A stretch of 52,763 nucleotides of DNA from Basidiobolus meristosporus CBS 931.73 (Eukaryota > Fungi > Basidiobolomycota). Made by a program: the position numbers and the translations under genes. A model generated the notes under the pieces. It was not told the origin of the DNA and ran no database searches. It saw nothing but the letters and a program-made list of their open reading frames with translations. The stretch covers positions 1 through 52,763 of the forward strand of contig MCFE01000615.1 in NCBI GenBank assembly GCA_002104905.1. The letters run 5' to 3'. This document shows, piece by piece, positions 26,616-39,344 of this stretch (the first letter of the stretch is position 1; the number at the start of each line of letters is the position of its first letter).

Positions 26616-26980
26616 AATGTTGTACAATGGATCATTCTATGGAAGCTTCGCATTAGAGTTTATGTATTTTGATGCCATATATGATGTTCATATGTAACAT
26701 GACCTAATTGCATGATCAGCTGACCTTTTGCATATCCCATGTGACATTAGAGTCTGCTCTTTAAAATATTTTTATGTTGGCCCACTTGCTGCACCGTACC
26801 CCAGAACCTCATTACTGTCAGCAAGTATATCTTGGCATCCATGTTCCCAAAAAGGGTATATAGTGCTTTCCCCCCTTATGTATTCCATAGTCTGATAAGC
26901 TTGGTCTTGAATAAACAGCCTTGCCTTGTGGATTTGCACCTAAGTCCTTTCCTGGTCCTGCCTTGTGTCTACTGATAACA
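26616..26980. repeat. Partial LTR of the same family as 29020-29548, opposite orientation
   Basis: Reverse complement shares AGGCAGGACCAGGAAAGGACTTAGGTG and TTTATTCAAGACC blocks and ends in ATAACA. Confidence 0.78.
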
Positions 26981-28480
26981 CCCAGAATGAGCCTGGCAAA
27001 ATCTCAATGTGTAGTGAGACAACACCCATGGAAAAAGTGTCATGGATGCCTTATGGAGCCAAGTGATCATAGTAATTGATTTACTGTTGAATGATGCAAA
27101 GTTGTGCCCAGAGAAGTGGCTTACTTTCCCCAATATTGGTAATGGAGACTTTGAGAATCTGCTGCTACTTCTTTTCATAATCATTCCAGGATACAACTTA
27201 CCATGTACTTAGTACAAATGGAAAGCCATCATGCAGCTGATGACATATGACCCAGAGATTGTCCTTATACCAGCATATTTTAATAGTTGTATGGCATTCA
27301 CATTAGAAATGCTACTATTGCAAGGTATCCAACTTGTCAAGGACTCACCACCATAGGAGGAAAGTATTGTTCACACTCCAGATATATTCCAGAATTATCA
27401 CATCACAAGAAGCTCATGCACTCTCACAAATATTGTGAAGCTATAGAGTTCTGCATTTGGTATCAATCAAGCACAAATATTTCTGCTATATATGATTGCA
27501 AGTGTTACAAACAACTAAGAAGCAAGGGCTACTTTAATGGCATGTATGACTATACCTTCTCCTTGTCACTTGAGGGATTCTGACTGAACATGTACTCTGC
27601 CAGCAAATCTAGCTGTCTACAGATTTGCATTTACATGAATTGACACCAATATTATAGTATCAAAGCAGAAATCTGATGGCAGACTAACTGAAATATGGGC
27701 CTAAATCTCCCTTTAGCCTAGATAGCGACCTGTATTCATTGCTGGATGAGTTTTGCATGCTATCCAGCAGAACACTAGTATATGACCCTCATGTTAAAGC
27801 TCATATTATGCTCTGCATCTGAGGTACCCCAGCATCAGCTATATAGATGGCTTTTCTGGTCACAATTGGCAGTATTGCTGGCAAATATGTGAGATGTAGG
27901 GGATTTTCCCCATAACTCACACACATTACTATTTTCTAAGCACCAACATCAAGTACTTCTTCTTCCCACAAAGAGAACATTCAGAAGCTAGTAGGCAATT
28001 GCAGCAAAGCTGTCAAGTTAAAAGTCATTGACCAGAATGTGAATTAATCTTAAATTGAAGATTGTCAAGATTGTGCCAATCTGTTGGAGCAAAGTCTGTC
28101 CACTGTTGGCAATGTATCTGCTCTTCAACAATATTCCTATGCCATTGACCAAGCTGTGCATGGCACATTTCAAGCTAAATGAGCACTTTGAGATACTGGA
28201 GAAATTTAAAAGATAAGCAAGATATTACAGAGAAACCAATATACAAAGTGTTTCTTACAAGCTCAAATCAATACTTATATGCATATGTAGCAATACAACT
28301 GAGAGAACTGCATGTCCTAAATATGTATTTATTCAAGTGGCCTTCTGAGGCAATTTCTATTTTAGTACATTGGAAGCATTGGGAGCCATATGCTGACATT
28401 ATACAAATATTTATTCTGAAGTGGATTACCTATGCCAACTTGATGCATATGCAGCTTTTATGCATTGAGTTGGTTTGAAG
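26981..28480 (+). mobile_element. CACTA copy D fragment (transposase)
   Basis: Collinear with ~11370-12850 of copy A. ORF remnants YCEAIEF...KQLRSKGYFNG and VHWKHWEPY. Confidence 0.82.
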
Positions 28481-28838
28481 AATGCTATAGATTTTGGCAG
28501 ATCTCAAGAACATGAGCATGCTTAGTAAGTGGCTGCTCATGCAAATTAATGCCCTAAGCCCAGAACTAGCAGAGTCCCATCATAGCTAAGAAGATCTGCC
28601 AGCAAGATAAAAGCTGCGTTCTCAAGAGTTGGAAGCACAGGCAGTTGAGCTACACTGCTATGAGGTATATGAGCTTGCAGAGAAAGGCAATCCAACTACC
28701 ACAGTCTGCACATTGTCCATTGCTGACCAAGTTGAGATCCAACTGATAGATAAAGCCACAGCATCAAGAACCATAAAGTCTATTGCAATGCCTGTAGTGG
28801 AGTTATGGGGCAATTATAGGAACAGCAAAAGGTTGCGG

Positions 28839-31800
28839 TGTTAAAAGTCCTGGTAAAAGAGTTGTAGAGGAATAGGGAGTTTAGCTAGTATTGTATTCAC
28901 CAAAACTTGAACTGATTTAACTTCAACATTCAAGCGGCAGATCATAACATTCTCCCCTGTTAAAGTTGAGAGGGTTCTCCTGGATCTCTTTTCTTGTGAT
29001 ACCAATATCTTGATGGTTCTGTTATGAATAGACACATGGCAGGAGAGTAGGGCTAGGCAAGGCAGGACCAGGAAAGGACTTAGGTGTGGATCAACAAGGC
29101 AAGACTGATTTCCTAGGCAAGGATATTTATTCAAGACCTGTGTTTATCAGACTGAGGAATACTTAAGGGGGGATAGGACTATATATACTTCTTGGCTATA
29201 CCAATGCCAAGAGATATTAGCTAATACTAATGGGGTTGTTGGGTGAGGCACAGCAGCAGTGCTGGGGATAATAATATAGAAGGCAAGGCACTGAGACAGG
29301 ATGAGGAAATGGATTGGGTCACCTGATCATGTGACTAGGTCATGTGACCTGGTATTTCCATATATGGTACTGGACTATGAAAAATACAATGGGAAGCTTC
29401 CATGGAGTGCTCCATTGTGTAACAATGGTTTGGAATGGTCAGGAACTTTCTGGAAGGTGGTAGAAGGTTCCAGAAGGAATCTCTTAGAATTTGAGCTAGG
29501 AAGCTGAAACTTGGCATGGGTGCTCATGGTTGTCATGTGATCATGACAGGTTCAGTATTTTCAGCAAGTCTTGCAAGCTTGAGTCTGTGTCCCTATGCAC
29601 TAAGTCTTCCTGGATGTTGCCTTGTTTGTCCACTAGTTGGTAAGTTGCAAATAGACATTCTCTGATGATCTTGAATGGTCCTGTCCATTGTGGCTCAAAC
29701 TTCTTCCAAGTGTTGTTTCTTAGCAATACAAAGTTCCCAACTGTCAATGCTTCTGGTGCTATAGTTTTATCAAATCTCTGCTTCATCATTTCTGCACTTT
29801 GAGATACTTTTGTCTGTGCCTCTTGACATCTATATTCCAGTTGCTGGTGTCTACTTGGCTGACTGGGTTCATCTTCATCATCTAAGGTGTCTGTAAGCTT
29901 TGGTTACGTGAGATTTTCTGGAATCCTTGGTTCACATCCATACACTAAGTAAAGTGGCAACTGCTAGGTGGTGTTGTGTACTCTGACTCTGCATGCAAAG
30001 AGTGCTTGGTCTATATACTTGTCCCATACACTGACAACTCCATTTGCATACTTGGTCAGCATTTTTCCAAATAATCCATTAAACCATTCAGTACTCCATT
30101 AGTTCTGGGGTGATATGCTAAGGTTTTCAAGTGTTTGATCTGCTGCATTTCCAGGTAAGCTTCCAGTGTCTTTGCCATAAAGTTTGCACCTCTATTGGAT
30201 AGAGTCTCTACAGGGCATCCAAACTTCATAAAGATCTCATGGTAGATGAAACTTGCAACTTCCTGCTCACTGGCTATAGGTACAGCTTTAGCCACTGGCC
30301 ACTTAGTGGCATGGTCAATTGCTACTAGGATTCAACAGTTGCATTTCCTGGTGGTTGCCAGTCTTCCAATAAAGTCAATCCCCCATCTTTCAAATGGTCT
30401 TACAGGCTCCAAGGGAATGAGTTCAGCAATTCTCTGTGGTTGGCCTTGGTTGATTTGGCAATTTGGGCATGCTTTCACTAGCTTCTCAATGTCATGTTTC
30501 ATTCTGGGCCACCATGCTCTGACTTTCACAAGGCTATAGGTTCCTTCAATTCCAGGATGTCTATATCCATTGTGTAGCTTATGAATTAAAATCAGGTGTG
30601 AAACATAAGGGTAATAGGCAATAGGGCTTCCATCAACAATTTGGTAGAGTTTTTCATCCTGTACTACAAATTTGCTGGCTTCATCCCAGATTAACTTCTT
30701 GATATCTTGATCCACCTCATTAGGAATGGCTTGGTCCTCCAAGTACTTTGGTAATAGGCTAGGCCAATCAATTCATGCACCAAGTTGGGTTGTGCAACTT
30801 AATCTAATCTTGATAAGGCATCAGAAACCATGTTGTTTTTGCAGGGCAGTAGACAATCTCCAAGTCAAATTGCTGAATGTATTCACTCCATCTTGTCATT
30901 CTTCTAGAGAGTACCTTCTGAGTAAATATATACTTGATGGAGGCATGATCAGTCTCTACCATGCATTTGGCTCCTTCAATTAGCATCTCCATGTCTTCAA
31001 GTAGTGTATTACAGCAAGCATCTCCTTCTCATGCACTGGATAGTTTTTTTCTGCTGAGTTCAGTTTCTTGGATTCAAAGGCAACAGGGTAGTCCTTTCCC
31101 TCATGTTCTTGGCTCAACACTCCACCAATTGCATAATCTGAAGCATATGTGCACAGAGTAAACTCTCTTCTGAAGTCAAGTATTCTTAAACTTGACAGCT
31201 TTGCAAGTTCATTCTTGAGCATCTGGAAGGCAGTTTCACAAGCTATGTCCCACTTGTAGGTATTGTCTTTCTTGAGGATATCAGTTAAAGGGGCTGCAAT
31301 ACTTGCAAAGGACTTGACAAATCTCCAATAATAGGAAACCATTCCAAGGAATGATCTGAGCTCTGATATGTTATGGGGCTGCTTCAGATTTTTGATAACT
31401 TCACCTTCTTAGGGTCTAAGGTTACTCCTATACTAGTCACTGTATGTCCCAGATATTCAACATGTTCCTTGAAGAATTCACACTTAGGTAGCTTGCCATG
31501 AACCTTGTTCTCTCTTAGCTTCTTCAAGACCTTTTTCAATGTGCACCAAGTGATCCTCTTCTGTCTTGCTGTATATCAATATATCATCTAGGTGGATTAT
31601 GACAAACCTGTCTAAGTACTCCTGAAAGATAGTCTGCATCAGGGTCATGAATGTTGCAGGGTCATTGATGAGGCTAAAACTCATGACTAAGTACTTGTAA
31701 AGTCCATATCTGGTCCTGAAGGCTGTCTTAGGGATGTCTTCTGGCTTCACCCTAATCTGGTTGTATCCTGACATGAGGTCAATCTTGCTGAAAATAGTGG

Positions 31801-33062
31801 CTCCATTGAATTGGTCCAAGAGCTCATCAATCCAAGGAATGGGGTACTTATTCTGCACAGTACCTGAGTTGAGGGCTCTGTAGTCAATGCACATCCCAAG
31901 TGCTCCATCCTTCTTCTTCACAAAAAGTACTGGTGCTCCCCAAGGTGACTTACTGGGTCTGATATATCCTTGCTCCAGTAACTGATCTATTTGTCTCTTC
32001 ATCTCTTCCAACTCCAATGGACTCATTCTGTAAGGTGTCTTACTCACTGGAGAGCTATCTCCTGTTTCAATGGCATGATCCATGTCTCTGACTGGTGGTA
32101 AGCTTACAAGCTCTTCTGGAAATACATCTGAATACTCCTTCAAAAGAGTCTGGACCTTTTGGGGTACTGGGGTAGTGGAATCCTCCTGTAATACTGCCAT
32201 GAGGAACATCTGGGTGCCTTTTTGTAGTGCTCTACAGAACTGTGTCTTGCTAAGTTCACCTGTTTCACACACACTGGAATTGACCAAGTTAAAATCCAGT
32301 CTGGCAGGTAATAGCTCATAGATCTTGTTGCCTTTCTGGATCTGAGTAGTATGGGTTCTCCAGCTGATTGATGGATTACAACAAAATAGCCAGGTTTTCC
32401 CAAGTACAAGGTCAAACTTGCAGCTCCAAATATAAAGGCCTGTAGATCTTCTTCATAGTCATTGATCTTCATCCTAACTGGCTGAGTAATATGGTTGATT
32501 ATGAGAGAGTTCTCATCAGTTGTTGAGACTGAAGTTGATTTGGTGGGTTCTAAGTTGATTTCAGCTGTCAAAGCAAATTGCTCTAACATGTACTCATGCA
32601 ATGCTCCTGAGTCAATCATGATCATGGCAGGTGCTCCATTGATTACTCCATTCAAGTATAATAGCTTTCCTGAGTTTGAGGTCATCTGGGATAGGTATTC
32701 TTCTATAATATGGAAGGTGAGTTCTGAGTCTTCTTCAAGTTCATCCACCATGTTACTATGCTCCATGGCCTCAATATGGTTAAAGGTTCCTGCTGGCTGG
32801 TGTCCATTTCTTCTCTGAGGGCAGTACTTTGCAATATGTCCCTGCTGGTGGCAATTTTTGCATAGCATTCTTCCATTCTTGATTTTTGGACATCTTGAGG
32901 GAGGCTTCTTCTTTCTTCAGGAGGGATGTTTCTGGTTATTGCTGCTACTAATGTTCAAAGTCTTGGTATAAGAGTTGTAGAGGAATAGGGAGTTTAGCTA
33001 GTATTGTATTCACTAAAACTTGAACTGATCTAACTTAAATATTCAAGCAACAGATCATAACA
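28839..33062 (-). mobile_element. Ty3/gypsy copy C with 111-bp mini-LTRs
   Basis: LTRs at 28839-28949 and 32952-33062 (9 mismatches), TSD GCGG/GTGG, PPT and PBS present. Zinc knuckle, protease, RT, RNase H and integrase remnants. Confidence 0.95.
29020..29548. repeat. Solo LTR (529 bp) inserted in the integrase tail of copy C
   Basis: TGTTATGA...TCATGACA, perfect 5-bp TSD GGTTC at 29015-29019 and 29549-29553. Host sequence is contiguous in copy B. Confidence 0.93.
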
Positions 33063-33723
33063 GTGGTACTACCTCATGAGCAGTGCTCAAGAGAACACAC
33101 TTGAATATTACAAGCGTATATTGCCAAGATTGGCAGATGATGTGCCAGACCTTTCAGGGCTAGATGAAAACCAAGACATATGAGAACAGTGAATGAGCAA
33201 AAGCATCAAGCTGTGTAGTTCCTGCTATAGTCATGGAAAAAAGGTGTTACAGTAGAAATACTTATTGAGTAGTGGATTTTAAGGGCGCTATATGTTGAGT
33301 GTGAGGCTTGGCATAATGTTTGTGTTGGGTTTAGGGCCCTATTTAGGTTGGTACAAGTAAAAATTGAGTTACAGCTGAAGATTGAAAGGATATAAATCAA
33401 CTTGTATGCATGAGAAGTAAGAGCATTGTTTAGTCAGGAAGTAATTGGTGGGAGAAAGAGGCAATAGCCAACCAATGTAATCAAATGTAGGAGGTGATTG
33501 AGCATCCAGGTTCAGAAAGTGAGAGAATTAGCACAGAACCAGTTCAAAGAACCTTTGCATTGTTGTGATGAAAATTTTGGCTATTTTTTTGTGAAATTTG
33601 AAGTGCAACTTTTTCTGAATAATTGTTATATAGTGACCCAATGGCTGCAATACCCCATTGTCACAGGATGCAAGTTTGGTGACATCTGTTGATTGGGATC
33701 ATCACAATTATTTCTCACATGGG

Positions 33724-34150
33724 AATGTGTGGAATTTCTGGGACTCACTCTATAGTTTATACACATTTTTTATCCTCATACCAACACTGAAATGATCTTC
33801 TTTTCACTGCAACAGTATCCAGAAGTCAGCATTCAATTGCAGCAAAGCTGGCAAACCATAAGGCATTTATTAGGATAAAAACTAACTCAGCCTAAAGGTA
33901 CTTGAGTTGAAAGGAATAAGCTTTCAATAGTAAATATTTGCAGAAAAGAGTTGCAGTGCACCAATAGGAGGGAGAGGTGTCCAAGATTGAGAAGAAATAC
34001 ATTTGGTAAGACCAAGTGGTTTTTTGCATATATTCAGGAGGTATTCATAATCACAATGGGGGCAACCATGTCCCTGCTTGCAAGACCAATATACTACTGG
34101 CAATTCAAGGCAAATGGCAACTTTGTAAGCTTTGTACTGAAAAGCCAGAA
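33724..34150 (+). mobile_element. CACTA copy E fragment with large internal deletion
   Basis: Starts homologous to ~12263 of copy A, then jumps to the 3' region (homologous to ~40630-40790). Confidence 0.65.
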
Positions 34151-35800
34151 TTTTGATTAATCCAAATTTCATGTACACAACCCATGGTAGTGGCAGGTAT
34201 GCCTTGAAGAAGTATAGTTCTCAAGTACAACATCTGAAATGCACAAGTGGAGTTAGAGAAATGAAACACCATGGGGTAAACTGTTGCACAGCATTATACA
34301 GGAGCTGCAGTATGCTCTTGCACTACCATTACAAAGCAATCAGAGGTCCATTTGAGGACACTAAGACACCATCATGTATTTTAATATGCAAGGCAATCAA
34401 ATGTATTGGGCAGTTTGGCCCTGTCAAAGAAATGTAGGCCAAAGTAGAACTATTATTATATCTTCAAAAATGTGCCAAATGATCATCAAAAATCATCTGG
34501 TCTATTTATATATTATGCAGTCTAGACAGCATACCACAATCTTATTCCATCATAACTATGTTTATAGGGCCAAGAATTCAATGTTGCTGGTATTATAATG
34601 GCTTCATGTTTGGATCCTAAAAGCTGATCTATATCAGACTCACCTGCAGTGCAAAACTATCTTTTATATGGTCAAGCAGTATCCAAGACTAATATTAGAC
34701 CAGAACCTTGCTGCTAATATCTCCACCTCTCACTTGAGAGCTTAAAGATTTTGCAATTTATTGTGCTTTGAGCTGAGCACACCCATTCTATAAGAAACTA
34801 AAGTTCAACTTGTTGTTACAGCACTTTGGTAAGTATATTGGTTCAATACTCCAAACTGGTGTAGGTTGTGTACTTACAGCAAAATAATCAAGCTTAGAAC
34901 ACATACTCTTGATGCATTTCTCAAAATACTCAATAAGTATAACTTGTCAAGATAATATAATAGTATAAATACTTCTGCAACAATTAAATCAGTAAGCAAA
35001 AGCCTCATAATCTACTTTTCCTTCCAGTCACTCCTAATATGTCCAAAGCCCATAGAGCAGGCTATTGTTGCAAGCAGTCACTCCCTGAAGTGTACTACAT
35101 CACTACCAAAATCTTCTCTGTACTGAAAAGTTGGATGAATCTAGCATCCAAATTAGGAAGGTGAAGATGAAGATGCCTCCAAAAAATAGGGACCTTTGGG
35201 CTATTTTGATGGGAGAATAATTCCCTCAAAAAGTGTAGAACAAGAAGTGTTAAAGTATTAGAAGAAAATCAAAGTGTCAACTGCATTTGCTATAATGATA
35301 AATGCAACATGCTAATCAAATGCTTAAGAGCAAAACCAGCAAAAAACTCCTGGAAGGCATTGTATGATACCTCCTGGTTGTGGTCAGCTGCTATGAAGAT
35401 TTATTTTAAATAAAGTTCTTTACTGCGTTGATGCAGCCAGTAGTTGATATGCAAATCTTATTAAAACATTACTTCATTGGATAATGCAATGGGATCAATA
35501 GGCATATTAGATATATATTTATATAGCATATAAATATTACCTTCTGGTATGGCTTTACAGACTTCAGGGCCTTATATTGGCCTCAGACCTGATTTTAAAA
35601 TTTGATCTGAAATCATGTAGATGGAAGGCTTGTGGATGAGGAATTAAGAAAATCAGGTGCCACTGAGAAGGAAGAAGAAAATACTTAAATAAGCAATGAT
35701 AACCACCAAAAGAGGTACCCTAGGCCCTTTAAAGGCATTTGCAACCACACATGCAATTAGAGCAAATGAAAAGGACATATGTTAGACCATCACTTCAAAA

Positions 35801-36144
35801 TGTTATAAAAATTGGAACTGCCCTTTATCATTAAACCAAGCTTAGTCAGTGAGGTTGTTATCCAAAGGCTCTAGAGAGCTCTACCAGATTCCTTGTTGAG
35901 ACCTGCTTGAAATATCTTTGCCAAAATGTCAGGTACTCACAATCTGAATTTTCTCAGAGTTGTCCAAAGAGCCCCAAAAATTGCATGTATGCTCATGGGA
36001 CTTTTCTAAGCATATTCTATATGTTTTTTCTGTCAAGCCCATGTAAAAGTATAAATACTGCTTTTACACCCAATAAATCATCAAGTGAGAACTGCATAGT
36101 CCACCATTTCCAGTCACCTCTAGTATTTCCCAACTCTTGCAACA
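35801..36144 (+). repeat. Solo LTR, TGTTGTAA..TTACAACA family
   Basis: TGTTATAAAA...TTGCAACA, shared core TTCTCAGAGTTGTCCAAA, flanks CAAAA/CCAAA. Confidence 0.75.
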
Positions 36145-36281
36145 CCAAAAGAGTGATAATGAGCAGAAAATGGCTGATTAAGTAAATGTTGCAACAACTA
36201 GTATTAGACTACTCTTATCTGTAAAAGAGATGACCACAGGCAAAGATTCTTAGATGTGGTGCACTCACTATTAAGGATCTA

Positions 36282-36631
36282 TGTTGTAAAAATTCATAAC
36301 TTCACCTAAATATTCACCTAGCTTAGTCACCTGGATCATCACCTTCAAACCCTAGAGAATATTGACCAAATTCCTTGATGGGGTTTACTGAGAATATTTT
36401 CACCTAAATATCAGATACCCAGAACATGAAAATTCTCAAAGTTGTCCAAGCAGCCCCAAATGTTTCACACATGTTCTTGGAGCCATCCCAAGCCTATCCC
36501 ATATGCTTTTTATGCCATGATCATGTGATAAGTATAAACACTACTCTTACATTCAATAAACCATTAACTGAAAGCAACCTAATTTACTTGTTCTCCCCAT
36601 CATATCCAATATCTCCAAGACTCTTACAACA
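36282..36631 (+). repeat. Solo LTR, TGTTGTAA..TTACAACA family
   Basis: 350 bp, TG..CA termini, GTATAAA and AATAAA on the plus strand. No clear TSD. Confidence 0.82.
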
Positions 36632-36999
36632 GAAATTACTTGGCATATTTCACCATGATTACAGGTAGTACCAGTGGTCCAAAATAGTGCCATGCATTTT
36701 TGAAACATGTTACAAGCCACAGGAGCTGGATTCAGAGTGCCATGGGTATTGGGTATCAGATGCATCTCTTTAATCCTTTTGTGCTCTTACACATCCTCTA
36801 CAACATTGACTTAAAAAAAAGGTCAAAAAATGGATTTTCTCCAACACAATGGGTGAAACACAGGGGCAGCTTTGCATGAGGATGCAGAGCTATGCTGTAC
36901 ACTCTGTGGCCAGGTATAGGCTCACTTGGCCTCCCTGGCACACTATGGTATCATTTGGCACTCATGGCTCAATGTGGCACTATCCAATGAAACAAGTCT

Positions 37000-39066
37000 T
37001 GTGACTATAGTGGGGAATATACCTCAAAACACCTTGCACTTCTGCAAAATTTATGGGATAAAGTAAGAGACTACTGTACCATTCTCCCCACAGCAAAATG
37101 GATCAGCAGAACATGCAAACAGCTCAAAAATTGATAAGGCAAGAACTATGATCCATGATCAGAAATTATCCTGTGATTTTTGGATAGAATCAGCTACCAC
37201 AGGTATATACCTTAAAAATAGAAGTTATAACAGAATACTTTGTGATACTACTCCATCTGAAACATGGTGTGAATACAGGCCAAGTACAGGATATCTTGGA
37301 ATATCAGGGTGTACAGTATATGCCAATAAACTGCCAAGAAGTCAGTCAAAATATGAGCCAAAAAGTGTAATATGCATATTTTTGGGCTACTGCAATGAGA
37401 ATAAGTCATAGAGACTCTACAATACCAAAACAAAGAAGCTGATCAAGACCAGGGATGTGTTGTTTGATGAAAATCAAAAATTTTACAATAAACAACATCA
37501 GATGAAGATAATTTGATCTCAAGTCCACCAATAATCTGGATTAAATCAGAGCAAAACATTGAAAGTTTTTTCACTCCAGAGCAGTGTACAACCATGCTTT
37601 AGCCTGATTCAGAACCTTGGAATATCCCAGAAGTGATCATTCCTGTATCAAATACCTGGAGATCCAATTGCACAAGAAATGGCCCAGATTATTATATCAA
37701 TGAGGGTACAAACTTAGCCCATGCCTATTCACTCCATATGAAAGAACCCCAGACTGTAAAAGAGACCCTTAGTAGTCCCCAGATAAAGTTTTGGAGATCT
37801 GCAATGACTCAGGAATATCAGGCCCAGATGGAAAATCAATATCTGGGACTTAGTCAAATTACCAATCACCCAAATTCAATTGGATGCAGATGGGTCTTCA
37901 AGACAAAATACAAGGCTGATGGTACAACTGAAAGACACAAAGCAAGACTTATGGCCAAAGGATACTCTAAAACAAAAGGACTTGACTATACTGAGACCTT
38001 TGCACTTGCAGCCAAGTTTAATTCCATCAGATAAATATTGGCTATTGCAGCCAAATATAAGCTTCTTATACATTGAATGGATGTAAAAGCTGCAGTTTTG
38101 AGTGAAGATCTCCATGAGGACATGTATACTGACCAGCCTGATGGGTTTGTTTACCAGAATAACCCTCACTTGGTCTGCAAGCTTGAAAAGTCTCCAAATA
38201 GACTCAAGCAATCACTGAGAGCCTGTAAATGCTGTTGTAATTATGAAGTTGTAACCTAAATATTCATGCTAACTTAGTCACATGGATCTTATTCTTTGAT
38301 TAGCATTCTGTCTGACTAAATTTCTTGTCAGTACTTTCCTAGATTATTTTCACCAAATCATGAGGTACTCAGATTAGGATCTTTCTCAAAGTTTACCAAC
38401 AGCCCTCAAACATTGCACACATATACTGTGACCTTCCTTCACATACTCTACATGTTTATTTGCTCTACTTTATCAAAAGTATGAATACCATACTTTTGAT
38501 CAATAAATCTGCAAGTGAATAACATATAGATCTTGAAGTTCTCCACTTCACTTCCAATACTCCTCAGAATATTGCAACAATTGCAAGTTAGATTCTTATT
38601 TGGAATCTTTGAGTTTCAAAAGGAGTAATACTGTCTATAGTAAATATTATAAGCCAGATAGAGCAAATCCATTTCTATTAGCTCTATATGCGGATCATCT
38701 TATTTTAGACACCAATAACCCCAAAATATTGAAGCATTGGAACAGACTAAATTCAGCCTATCCAAAGAGTTTAAGAGGTCCAATCTAAGAGAGCTCAGTT
38801 ACCACTTAGCAATAAAGTTCTTCATATACAGATGTACCCAGACTATCACCCTAAGCCAATCCAAGTATATTCCAGAAATACTAAAGGAGTACCAAATGGA
38901 AGACTGTTAACTGATAGCTACTCCAATGGAGATAAACCTTAACTTGATCAAAACTCAACCAAATCAATAGAGCATGGTGCCATATGAAAGCATGGAGCTT
39001 CCTTGTCAATCTATGGTCAGTAGTCTGATCTATATTACTGAGATATGCCCAGATGACTCATATTCA
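37000..39066 (+). pseudogene. Ty1/copia integrase-RT fragment
   Basis: SPQQNG..E, CIFLGY, IGCRWVFKTKYKADGTTERHKARLMAKGY, MDVKAA, KQSLRA, LALYADHLI and QSMVSSLIY motifs in integrase-then-RT (copia) order. Confidence 0.93.
38233..38579 (+). repeat. Solo LTR inserted in copia RT
   Basis: TGTTGTAA...TTGCAACA, TSD AATGC/ATTGC (4 of 5). The RT reading resumes after it. Confidence 0.85.
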
Positions 39067-39344
39067 TGTGAAAAAGAGGCATTAGCCAATCAATGCACAC
39101 AAAATATAGGATGCAATTGAGTGTCTGGGCTCAGAAAGTAAGTAAATTGGCAGGGAACCAATCAAAAGCCACTCATGTATTGTTGCAATGAAAATTTTTG
39201 ACCAAGTTTTTTGTGAAATCTAGGGTGCAATTATTTTTCAACAGTCTCTGCCCAGTGTCCTGACAGAATCTATACCTCTTAGTTATAAGACTTTGAATTT
39301 GTGACAGCCTTTTGATGGGATAATTACAATAAATTTTCATAGGG
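39067..39344 (-). mobile_element. Reverse-oriented CACTA-type left end of the non-autonomous element
   Basis: Reverse complement begins CCCTATGAAAAT and aligns with 10573-10800. Beyond that it matches hosts 1 and 2, not copy A. Confidence 0.8.

Larger units (their letters stand above)
28490..33723 (-). mobile_element. Non-autonomous CACTA-end element (host 2), split by Ty3 copy C
   Basis: Terminus CCCATGTG (minus strand) at 33723 with ~240 bp homologous to the CACTA left end. Interior is homologous to host 1, not to the transposase. Confidence 0.72.

Noticed and set aside
811-32818. Many plus-strand ORFs of 60-125 aa over Ty3 copies
   Set aside because: Antisense to pol. They recur only because the copies are paralogous and show no domain motifs.
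35040-35520. hAT-like transposase remnant
   Set aside because: Only a vague D..W..S pattern, with no TIR, TSD or dimerisation motif.
35801-36631. Two same-family LTRs 137 bp apart as a TRIM
   Set aside because: The spacer has no PBS or PPT, the outer flanks (CAAAA/GAAAT) do not match, and the LTRs are quite diverged.
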